Source: a bacterium (GTDB taxonomy: Bacteria > UBA8248). Taken from it: DNA of 64,000 bases. Below, one piece after another: positions 9,186 through 17,572 of this stretch; position 1 is the first letter of the stretch; each line of letters opens with the position of its first letter. The stretch covers positions 64,001 to 128,000 of the forward strand of contig OZ253442.1 in assembly GCA_965261085.1 (NCBI GenBank), read 5' to 3'. Made by a program: the position numbers and the translations under genes. Under the pieces are notes generated by a model, which saw only the letters and a list, made by a program, of their open reading frames with translations, was not told where the DNA came from and ran no database searches.

Positions 9186-9213
9186 GTAGGGGCGGTTCGC
9201 GAACCGCCCCTAC
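9186..9213. repeat. GTAG-type REP-like perfect palindrome
   Basis: GTAGGGGCGGTTCGCGAACCGCCCCTAC is its own reverse complement; intergenic between convergent genes. Confidence 0.75.
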
Positions 9214-9322
9214 ATCACCACCGACCCCGTGCGCGCGATGACGATCAGAGGCAAAACTTAATTCCTGGATTGTGATTGTTCCGTAGGGGAAAACTCCAGG
9301 CAGGTTCAACGGCAATGGGGGC

Positions 9323-9710
9323 TCATACTTCGACCTCGAGAAGGTCGCGCCCCAGGATGACTTCTCCATCGAAATCCCGCCGGACATCCTCCTCGATTGC
9401 GCGCATGAGGCTTTCGGGCTTCGCGCGAAAATGGGTCAGGACGAGTTTCTTGACGCCCGCGATCGCGGCGATCTTTCCCGCCTGGGCCGAGGAGAGAAAC
9501 AGATGCCGGGTCAGGCGCTCCGCGTGCGCATCGATGACCTCCGCTTCGGCCAGATAGCAGCACAGAACGAGCACGTCCGCCCCGCGCGCCAGACGGTCCA
9601 GTCCCTCGCAGGGGATCGTATCCCCGCTGATGGCGACGATCTTCCCCTCCGCCTCCAGGCGGTAGCCCAGCGTCGTCCAGTCGAAATCAGGTATTCCCAG
9701 CCCTGGGCCG
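9323..9710 (-). pseudogene. 5'-truncated RNase Z-like metallo-beta-lactamase fold gene
   Basis: LGYRLE, ISGDT, GADVL and VKKLVLTHF motifs present; the N-terminal HxHxDH half is missing, just downstream of the RTX array. Confidence 0.7.
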
Positions 9711-9891
9711 CCTGCCGCTCGCGGGGGTAGAGCGCGCGCAGATAGCGGAACTGCATCAGCGACTCTACGAGACGCCTGCCGTCGCAAACATGGTGGTCCG
9801 CACCCTGTCTTTGATGTATCGCCTGGCCTGCGAGCGGGGCCATTGTCCCTTGCATCCGGTTTTTTGCAGGTCCGGACGCGCCGGATGCGCT

Positions 9892-12273
9892 TCAGATGCC
9901 GTCGACCCCGCCGTCGTCCACGGACGTCGTTTCGAAGAAGATGAAATCAGTCTCGTCCAGGTCGTTCACGTCGACGTTACTGAGCGTGACCTGACCCCCG
10001 CCGTGATCCGTCATGTCGATGACGGCGTCCGTCCCCTGGGTGGTGATGACGAGATCCTCGAAACCGGAAATGTCCGATATCGCGCTGAGATCGATGACGT
10101 CTTCCCCGTTGGTGAAATCCGTAATCGTGTCGGAGCCATGGCCGGTGGCGATCACGAAAGTGTCGTCGCCCGCACCGCCCGTGAGCGTATCGTCGCCCTC
10201 GCCGCCATCGAGCGTGTCGTCGCCCGCGCCGCCCTCGAACGTGTCGTCGCCCGAGCCGCCGTAGATTATGTCGGAGCCCTCGCCGCCCACGAGCGTGTCG
10301 TTGCCCTCGCCGCCGTAGAGCTTGTCGTTGCCCTCGCCGCCCTTGAGCGTGTCGTCGCCCGCGCCGCCCTCGAGCTTGTCGTTGCCCGACCAGCCGTAGA
10401 GCGTGTCGTCGCCCTCACCGCCGTAGAGCGTGTCGGAGCCCTCGCCGCCCACGAGCGTGTCGTCGCCCTCATTGCCCACGAGCGAGTCGGAGCCCGCGCC
10501 GCCCACGAGCCTGTCGTCGCCCGCGCCGCCGTAGAGCAGGTCGTTGCCCGCGCCGCCGTAGAGCAGGTCGTTGCCCGCGCCGCCGTAGAGCTTGTCGTCA
10601 CTTAAGAAGCCCTTGAGCGTGTCGTCACCTGCGCCGCCGTAGATTTTGTTGCTGCCCGCGCCGCCATCGAGCGTGTTGTCGCCTTCATCGCCCTCAATCC
10701 TTATCTCGCCGTGAAAAACGAAATCACCGGCGTCCAGATCGTCGACGGATAATCCTTTGAGCCGGATCGTCCCTCCCCCGTATTCGGTGAGGTCGATGGT
10801 GACGCCATTACCGGTGGACGTCACGGTCAGATCGGAGAAGTCGTCTATGTTCGTGAATTTACTGAGGTCGATGACGTCTTGCCCGCTGGTGTAGTCGGTG
10901 ATCGTGGTGTTGCCCGAGCCGGCCTTGAACTCGAAGATATCCCTGCCCCCACCGCCCTCGAGCGTGTCGGAGCCCCCACCGCCCTCGAGCGTGTCGTCGC
11001 CCTCGCCGCCCCTGAGCGTGTCGGAGCCCGCGCCGCCCTTGAGCGTGTCGTCGCCCTCGCCGCCGTAGAGCGTGTCGTCGCCCCCACCGCCCACGAGCTT
11101 GTCGGAGCCCGCTTCGCCGTAGAGCGTGTCGTCGCCCTCGCCGCCCTCGAGCGTGTCGTCGCCACCGCCGCCGTCCATCGTGTCGGCGCCCGCGCCGCCG
11201 TAGAGCTTGTCGGAGCCCTCGTCACCGGAGATATTGTCGTCGCCCCCGCCGCCCTCGAGCGTGTCGTCGCCCGAGCCGCCGTAGATTATGTCGGAGCCCT
11301 CGCCGCCGTAGAGCTTGTCGTCGCCCTCGCTGCCGTAGAGCCTGTCGGAGCCATCGCCGCCCTTGAGCGTGTCGGCGCCATCGCCGCCGTAGAGCTCGTC
11401 GTTGCCCGAGCCGCCGTAGAGCGTGTCGTCGCCATCGCCGCCTGCTATCGTGTCGTGGCCATCGCCGCCCGTGAGTGTGTCGGCGCCATCGCCGCCGTCC
11501 ATCGTGTCGGAGCCATCGCCGCCGTCCATCGTGTCGGACCCCGCGCCGCCGTAGAGCGTGTCGGAGCCCGCGCCGCCCGTGAGCGTGTCGTCGCCCCATT
11601 CGCCCTTGAGCGTGTCGGCGCCAGCGCCGCCATCGAGCGTGTCTATGCCCACGCCACCCTTGAGCGTGTCGTCGCCCGCGCCGCCCGTGAGCGTGTCGTC
11701 GCCCGCGCCGCCCTCGATATAGTCGTTGCCCTCGCCGCCGTCCATCGTGTCGTCGCCAGCGCCGCTGTAGATCCAGTCGTTGCCCGCGCCACCCTCGATC
11801 GTGTCGGAACCCTCGCCGCCGTAGATCCTGTCGGAGCCATCGCCGCCCTTGAGCGTGTCGTCGCCAGTGTAGCCGTCGATATAGTCGTTGGCCGCGCCGC
11901 CGTCTATCGTGTCGTCGCCGGTGCCGCCGTAGAGATCGTCGCTGCCCTCGCCGCCGTAGAGCTTGTCGTCGCCCCAACTGCCCTTGATATCGTCGTCGCC
12001 CTCGCCGCCCACGATCGTGTCGTCGCCCTGGCCACCGTAGAACTCGTCATTCCCCGCGCCGCCGAAGAGCGTGTCGTCGCCATCATCGCCCCAGAGCGTG
12101 TCGGAGCCCTTGCCGCCCTCGATCGTGTCGGAACCATCGCCGCCGTGTAGCTCGTCGTCGCCCGCACCGCCATCGAGCGTATCGTTGCCCTCGCCGCCCC
12201 AGAGTTCGTCGTCGTCCGTAGTGCCGTGGATTTCGTTGTTCTTTTCCTTTTCGTCGCCCTGAATCGTTCCCAT
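9892..12273 (-). CDS. RTX (GGxGxDxLx) calcium-binding protein, long copy
   Basis: Dozens of nonapeptides in two blocks, each followed by a TITD(F/Y)..G.D.IDL domain; ends VDGI; GGGAG RBS before ATG at 12273. Confidence 0.95.
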   Translation of the reverse strand: MGTIQGDEKEKNNEIHGTTDDDELWGGEGNDTLDGGAGDDELHGGDGSDTIEGGKGSDTLWGDDGDDTLFGGAGNDEFYGGQGDDTIVGGEGDDDIKGSWGDDKLYGGEGSDDLYGGTGDDTIDGGAANDYIDGYTGDDTLKGGDGSDRIYGGEGSDTIEGGAGNDWIYSGAGDDTMDGGEGNDYIEGGAGDDTLTGGAGDDTLKGGVGIDTLDGGAGADTLKGEWGDDTLTGGAGSDTLYGGAGSDTMDGGDGSDTMDGGDGADTLTGGDGHDTIAGGDGDDTLYGGSGNDELYGGDGADTLKGGDGSDRLYGSEGDDKLYGGEGSDIIYGGSGDDTLEGGGGDDNISGDEGSDKLYGGAGADTMDGGGGDDTLEGGEGDDTLYGEAGSDKLVGGGGDDTLYGGEGDDTLKGGAGSDTLRGGEGDDTLEGGGGSDTLEGGGGRDIFEFKAGSGNTTITDYTSGQDVIDLSKFTNIDDFSDLTVTSTGNGVTIDLTEYGGGTIRLKGLSVDDLDAGDFVFHGEIRIEGDEGDNTLDGGAGSNKIYGGAGDDTLKGFLSDDKLYGGAGNDLLYGGAGNDLLYGGAGDDRLVGGAGSDSLVGNEGDDTLVGGEGSDTLYGGEGDDTLYGWSGNDKLEGGAGDDTLKGGEGNDKLYGGEGNDTLVGGEGSDIIYGGSGDDTFEGGAGDDTLDGGEGDDTLTGGAGDDTFVIATGHGSDTITDFTNGEDVIDLSAISDISGFEDLVITTQGTDAVIDMTDHGGGQVTLSNVDVNDLDETDFIFFETTSVDDGGVDGI

Positions 12274-12484
12274 GTCGTTTCTCCCTGTCTTCAATAGATT
12301 TTCTGGTCTATTCTCATACACTACGCCTATTCATCCAATCTTCTCAAAAGAAAGAAGGAAAGACCGAGCCGGAAACCGGTGAAAACGCTCAACAAAGCTT
12401 CCGTCGCCACGGCTTTTCGCAACGTTTTGAAAGACGTGGGGCCATTGTCCCTTGCATCCGGTTTTTTGCAGGTCCGGATGCGCT

Positions 12485-13537
12485 TCAGATGCCGTCGACC
12501 CCGCCGTCGTCCACGGACGTCGTTTCGGAGAAGATGAAATCAGTCTCGTCCAGGTAGTTCACGTCGACGTTACTGAGCCTGATCTGCCCCCCGCCGTGAT
12601 CCGTCATGTCGATGACGGCGTCCGTCCCCTGGGTGGTGATGACGAGATCCTCGAAACCGGAAATGTCCGATATCGCGCTGAGATCGATGACGTCTTCCCC
12701 GTTGGTGAAGTCATTGATCGTGTCGGAGCCTTCGCCGGCGGCGAGCACGAAAGTATCGTCGCCCGCACCGCCCGTGAGCGTGTCGTCGCCCTCGCCGCCC
12801 TTGAGCGTGTCGCCGCCCCTACCACCGTAGAGCGTGTCGTCGCCCCCGCCGCCCTTCATCCAGTCGTAGCCCTTGCCACCCGTGATCGTGTCGTCGCCCG
12901 CACCGCCGTAGGTATAGTCACGCCCCTCACCACCGTCGATCGTGTCGTCGCCCTCGCCGCCGTAGATCCTGTCGTCGCCCGAGCCGCCCGTGATCGTGTC
13001 GTTGCCCGCGCCGCCGTAGATTTCGTTGTTGCTCTCGCCGCCACGGAGAAAGTTGTCCCCTTCGTCGCCCTCAAGCCTTATATCGTCGTTAAAGACGAAA
13101 TCCCCGGCGTCCAGATCGTCGGCGGAGAATCCTTCGAGCCGGATCGTCCCTCCGCCGTGCGCGGTGAGGTCGATGGTGACGCCATCATCGTCGGACGTCA
13201 CCGTCACATCGGAGAAGTCGGCTATGCTGGTGAATCTACTGAGGTCGATGACGTCTTCCCCGTTGGTGAAGTCGGTGATCGTGGTGTTGCCCGAGCCGGC
13301 ATTGAACTGGAAGATATCCGCGCCCGCACCGCCCGTGATCGTGTCGTCGCCCTCATCGCTGAATATCCAGTCGTCGCCCTCGCCGCCCTTGAGCGTGTCG
13401 TCGCCCTCACCGCCGAAGATATAGTCATTCCCCCCGCCGCCCGTGATCGTGTCGTCGCCCGCGCCGCCCGTTAGCAAGTCGTCGCCCGCGCCGCCGTAGA
13501 GTTCGTTGTTGTTTTCGTCGCCCTGAATCGTTGCCAT
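12485..13537 (-). CDS. RTX calcium-binding protein, short paralogue
   Basis: Same two-block architecture; C-terminus and flanks nearly identical to the long copy. Confidence 0.95.
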   Translation of the reverse strand: MATIQGDENNNELYGGAGDDLLTGGAGDDTITGGGGNDYIFGGEGDDTLKGGEGDDWIFSDEGDDTITGGAGADIFQFNAGSGNTTITDFTNGEDVIDLSRFTSIADFSDVTVTSDDDGVTIDLTAHGGGTIRLEGFSADDLDAGDFVFNDDIRLEGDEGDNFLRGGESNNEIYGGAGNDTITGGSGDDRIYGGEGDDTIDGGEGRDYTYGGAGDDTITGGKGYDWMKGGGGDDTLYGGRGGDTLKGGEGDDTLTGGAGDDTFVLAAGEGSDTINDFTNGEDVIDLSAISDISGFEDLVITTQGTDAVIDMTDHGGGQIRLSNVDVNYLDETDFIFSETTSVDDGGVDGI

Positions 13538-13755
13538 GTCGTTTTCCCTGTCTTCAATAGATTTTCTGGTCGATTCTCATACATCCTGCCTATTCGCCCT
13601 ATCTTCCCAAAAGAAAGAAGGAAAGACCGAGCCGGAAACCGGTGAAAACGCTCAACAAAGCTTCCATCGCCACGGCTTTTCGCAGCGTTTTGAAAGACGT
13701 GGGGCCATGTCCCTTGCATCCGGTTTTTTGCAGGTCCGGACGCGCCGGATGCGCT

Positions 13756-13824
13756 TCAGATGCCGTCGACCCCGCCGTCGTCCACGTCGAAATCCTCAGC
13801 TCCGAGTTCAGCGTCGTCCGTCAT
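13756..13824 (-). CDS. 22-aa micro-ORF MTDDAELGAEDFDVDDGGVDGI (RTX C-terminal tail only)
   Basis: ATG at 13824 preceded by AAAGGTGA; the last 9 codons and downstream flank match the RTX genes. Confidence 0.45.
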   Translation of the reverse strand: MTDDAELGAEDFDVDDGGVDGI

Positions 13825-14230
13825 GATTGATCACCTTTTTGGTTATCACGGACTGAATTCAAATAATCAGCGCCGGTTCGTTACGTTTCCCAAACGCTTC
13901 CTCATTCCTCGCTTGCTTTCGTTCCACGCCCGAGGGGGTTATTCAACAACCCCCATCGGTTTCTACTTTTCGCCATGTGGTTTCCTCCCTTGCAAGGAAA
14001 TGACGTCTGAGTCGTATACTTTAAAAACCACTCCGGCGTTTCACGAAGTGTCATTTTTTACAATTATACAAAAAATAGTGTGAAATGTGCGTGAGGAATT
14101 GAAATAAAGAGTGATTATTTAGTGAATTATTGCCTGCCGACCAATTCGATCACCTGCATGTGGACCGACCCGATCGACCTGACCGCGTTCACCGCCCGAG
14201 GATCACCCGCTGATCGCTTATTTCCGGGAC

Positions 14231-14339
14231 CTTCACAGCTACAACGTGATGAAGACCCACCAGTCCCTTTCGGGGTGACGGCGCCAGAGTGTGGAACTTC
14301 TGAGCCTGCAACATCCTGTTCGTGTAGCGACCTATAAAG
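14231..14339 (-). ncRNA. candidate structured non-coding RNA or element end
   Basis: Nested stems CTTTATA/TGTGAAG, GCTAC/GTAGC, GATG/CATC, AGGCTCA/TGGGTCT and a CCC-GAAA-GGG loop; G-U pairs favour the minus strand. Confidence 0.4.
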
Positions 14340-14760
14340 AACGCTGGGATGAGCGTCTTGGAGTGCTTTTTTGTTCAGGGGCCGTCTTCGTCTACAAGTT
14401 CCGGCCCTGATGGCGGGTTGAATATTTCGTCAACGGCTTTCCGTGGTGATGTGGATGTTGCAGTATTCCCTTGATGCGCGATTGCGAAGTTCTTTGTTTT
14501 TGGTTTGGAGTCTTTTGAATTCGTCGGGCGCCATCAGGCGGAATCGGCGCCTTCTGTGATCGTTTTGAACGGCCCCTCATTCTTGAGCAGAATTTGATCC
14601 TCCAGGGGGAGTAATTCTGAAGCGCGTCTCACGCCGCGCAATTCCCCGCATTTGCGGCTGTGGGGAATCATGGGAAGATCGCATATTCGGGGAAGCCGAG
14701 AGACGGATCAATTCAGTCGCTCCTCGGCCCGCGCCATTCCGCGCGGCGCGCTCGGAGTTG

Positions 14761-14865
14761 CTCTCCCCGGTCGGGATTGATCACCTCCGCACCCAAGGTT
14801 TTTTCAGAAAATACCGCAAAACAATTCGATAAAATACGATAAATTCACGGGGTTTTTCGATAAAT
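14761..14865. promoter_or_regulatory. conserved element upstream of the RTX array (copy A)
   Basis: CTCTCCCCGGTCGGGATTGA ... CGATAAATTCACGGGGTTTTTCGATAAA; homologous to 45564-45670. Confidence 0.6.
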
Positions 14866-14992
14866 AAAACGCCCCTTTCGGCGCCTCGACGCGCCGCCTC
14901 CGAACGCGCGCGAACGCCTGTGGACGCGCGGAAAAACTTTACCCCCGGGGGCGTCGGCTGAAACCTGTAAATAGCTGGAAATAAAAGACTTG

Positions 14993-15253
14993 CTAGAGGG
15001 CGCGCGCGCGCCTCTTGATGTCGGCCATCACCTTCGAGATGCCGCGCTTGGCGATTACTTTGAGGCCCTTCGCCGAGACGCGCAGCTTCACCCAGCGCTT
15101 CTCCTCGGGCAGATAGAAGCGCTTCACGTGCAGGTTCGCCTCGAAGCGCCGCCTCGTCTTCTTGTGCGAGTGCGAGACGTTGTTCCCGTACATCACGCTC
15201 TTGCCGGTGACGGCGCATCGCTTGCGCGCCACGGGATTCTTGTGGGTTTTCAT
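14993..15253 (-). CDS. rpmB: 50S ribosomal protein L28
   Basis: CAVTGK.VMYGNNVSHSHKKTRRRFEANL...LRVSAKGLK. Confidence 0.95.
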   Translation of the reverse strand: MKTHKNPVARKRCAVTGKSVMYGNNVSHSHKKTRRRFEANLHVKRFYLPEEKRWVKLRVSAKGLKVIAKRGISKVMADIKRRARAL

Positions 15254-15403
15254 CTATTTGGTCTCCCGAAACGGCTGGTGGCTTCGGCAAAATTTACAGT
15301 ACTTCTTGAATTCGAGCCGATCCGGCGTATTGCGCTTGTTCTTGGTGCTGGTGTAGCGCATTTTCTTGCAAGTCGTGCATTCGAGTTGTATGTTCTCGCG
15401 CAT
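15254..15403 (-). CDS. rpmG: 50S ribosomal protein L33 (Zn-ribbon type), 49 aa, missed by the ORF track
   Basis: Manual translation [49 protein letters not shown]. Confidence 0.95.
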   Translation of the reverse strand: MRENIQLECTTCKKMRYTSTKNKRNTPDRLEFKKYCKFCRSHQPFRETK

Positions 15404-15636
15404 CTGGAAACCTCAACGAAAATCAACGTCTTGGGATACATCCACGCATCCACGGTCCACAAAGAAGCGCAACATAGCCAAGCCCGAGAAAAAAGGCAAG
15501 TGGCGAGAGAGGTATTTTGTTTGTCTCCGGTGCGCTAGAATCCCCGTGTTCAAATCCAACCGGGAAGCGGATGGCGTCGAACCGTTTTTTGACGAGGCGC
15601 CGCATCCGAAAATCAAACACCGAAGGAGAGAGCGCC

Positions 15637-16518
15637 GTGTCGAAAATCGTTGCATACCTAGGGCTTGGGACCATGGGCGGAGCCATGGTCAACAATCTTC
15701 TCAAGGCAGGTTTCGTCGTTCACGGGTTCGACCCTGCGCCCGAGGTCCGAGCCCGGGCGGAAGAGGCGGGAGCGAAAACCTTCGACTCCCCGGCCGAGGC
15801 GGCCTCGGAAGCGGACGTCATCTGCTCATCCGTGCCTGAAACCAAGGATGTTCATGAGACTTATCTCGGAGAAAAAGGAGCGCTCCTCACCTCCCAGGAA
15901 GGCGTCGTCTGTTTTGATTTCTCCACCATCGCCCCCAGCGGCAGCCAGGCCATCGCGGAACAAGCAGCGGAAAAAGGCGCGATATTCCTCGATACGCCCG
16001 TAAGCGGCAGCGCCCCCAGCGCCATCAGCGCTGAGTTGAACGTGATGGTCGGCGGTGATGAAGCGGCGATGAATCGACACCGTGACGTTCTCGAGGCCGT
16101 TTCCGAGTCCATCAACCATTTCGGTCCGAATGGCGCGGGCCTGCACATGAAACTCGTGGCCAATCAAATCGTCTCGGTGTTTCTTTCCGTGGTGTCTGAA
16201 GGACTGACCCTCGGAGAACGCTCGGGCCTTGATCCCGTCGAGATGATGGAATACCTGAAAAGCGCCTCGATCCCCAAAATTCTGAGCATCAAGGGTCCCG
16301 CCCTGGCGAGGAGGGACTACACGCCGTCTTTCAAAATTGACTTGATGCGAAAAGACCTGCGCCTCATCTCCGAGATGGCCGAGGCCGCGACGACGCCGAC
16401 TCCGTTCGCCGCGCTGGCGAGGCAGGTTTTCATCGCCACATCGGCCATGGGCTTCGGCGAAGTGGACCAAAACGCCGTGCGCGAGTTTTTCGATAAAACC
16501 GCCGGGCTCGGCTCTTAA
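15637..16518 (+). CDS. beta-hydroxyacid dehydrogenase (3-hydroxyisobutyrate dehydrogenase family)
   Basis: YLGLGTMG, LDTPVSGS, MKLVANQ; GTG start after AAGGAG. Confidence 0.88.
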   Translation: MSKIVAYLGLGTMGGAMVNNLLKAGFVVHGFDPAPEVRARAEEAGAKTFDSPAEAASEADVICSSVPETKDVHETYLGEKGALLTSQEGVVCFDFSTIAPSGSQAIAEQAAEKGAIFLDTPVSGSAPSAISAELNVMVGGDEAAMNRHRDVLEAVSESINHFGPNGAGLHMKLVANQIVSVFLSVVSEGLTLGERSGLDPVEMMEYLKSASIPKILSIKGPALARRDYTPSFKIDLMRKDLRLISEMAEAATTPTPFAALARQVFIATSAMGFGEVDQNAVREFFDKTAGLGS

Positions 16519-16535
16519 TCCATCGCGCCTGAAAC

Positions 16536-17525
16536 CTAAGTCGCCTTTTTGAAAAACCCCTCTACGGGGAGTTTCGCACCTACGCCCTGAGCCTTGGCGC
16601 GCCGATAGAGTTCTGCGCCCAAGGCCACGTCCTCTATCGCGACCCCCTGGCTCAAAAATAGATTGACCTCATCATCGGACGCACGTCCGGGCATGGCGCC
16701 CGTCGCTATCAACCCGATCTCCGATACCTGACCCCACTGGATGACGTTCGCCCGTATGGCGCCGACCAGGTCACCGCTCTCGAACTCGGCGCCCTCGAGG
16801 CTGTCCGTCACGATTCTTCCTCTCGCCGCGCGGCGGAAAGTTTCGTCGTCTATCTCGCGGTTCGTGATTCTGTTCGAGCCCGCCGCGATGACCGTCGTGC
16901 CCGGCTCCAGAGCGTTCCCGTCAAAAACCGGTTCGCGCGCCGTGGTGATGGTGCACACGATTTGCGAGCCTTTCACCGCCTCGGTCGCAGATTCGACCGG
17001 AACGAGTTCCGCGTTCACCCTATCCTGCATCGCGCGAACGAATTTTTCTCTCTTCTCGGGACGGCGGCTGTGCACTTTCACCACCTTGAGCTTGCGCGCG
17101 CAACAGATGGCTTCAAGCTGCGCTCTCGCCTGCCACCCTGTGCCGATCAACCCGGCTTCGGTAGCGTCTTCTCTGGCCATATATTTCGCGGCGACGCCGC
17201 TCGCCGCCCCGGTGCGCATCTGCCCCTGTATGTTGGCCTCCATGAGCGACAACATCTCCGACGTATTGGCATCCCACAGCAGGAAGATGAATCGCACGCC
17301 GATGCCCGGAAACGTGGTGTAGGCCTTGAGACCCAAATAACCCTCATTTTCATCGACCATGCCGCCGAACATGACGTGCATCGCGCCCTTGGGAAGAAAA
17401 ACCCGCCGTCTCGGCTGATTCGGCGCGCGTCCTTCTCCCTGGGCCTTGAAGCATTTCTCCACCACATCCATGACATCGGACATGCTCACCAGTTTCTTGA
17501 CGTCGGACTCACTTAAATAAAGCAA
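16536..17525 (-). CDS. ornithine cyclodeaminase/mu-crystallin family protein
   Basis: MRTGAASGVAAKYMAR, IGTGWQA, SQGVAIED motifs. Confidence 0.9.
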   Translation of the reverse strand: MLYLSESDVKKLVSMSDVMDVVEKCFKAQGEGRAPNQPRRRVFLPKGAMHVMFGGMVDENEGYLGLKAYTTFPGIGVRFIFLLWDANTSEMLSLMEANIQGQMRTGAASGVAAKYMAREDATEAGLIGTGWQARAQLEAICCARKLKVVKVHSRRPEKREKFVRAMQDRVNAELVPVESATEAVKGSQIVCTITTAREPVFDGNALEPGTTVIAAGSNRITNREIDDETFRRAARGRIVTDSLEGAEFESGDLVGAIRANVIQWGQVSEIGLIATGAMPGRASDDEVNLFLSQGVAIEDVALGAELYRRAKAQGVGAKLPVEGFFKKAT

Positions 17526-17572
17526 CGATTCTTTCTCCTCTGTGATTCATGATTTCCCGTAACCAAAATATT

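Noticed and set aside
9323-9855. Selenoprotein or frameshift rescue of the RNase Z fragment
   Set aside because: No upstream frame contains the HxHxDH motif before the RTX gene
12360-12415. Cobalamin riboswitch-like string GGAAACCGGTGAAAA
   Set aside because: The complementary CCGG and the GCCCCCGCNACTGT core are missing, and it is on the strand opposite to the RTX genes
9790-13474. Long plus-strand and alternate-frame ORFs over the RTX genes
   Set aside because: These are shadow frames of GC-rich 27-bp repeats (VVARAA/RATTRS patterns)
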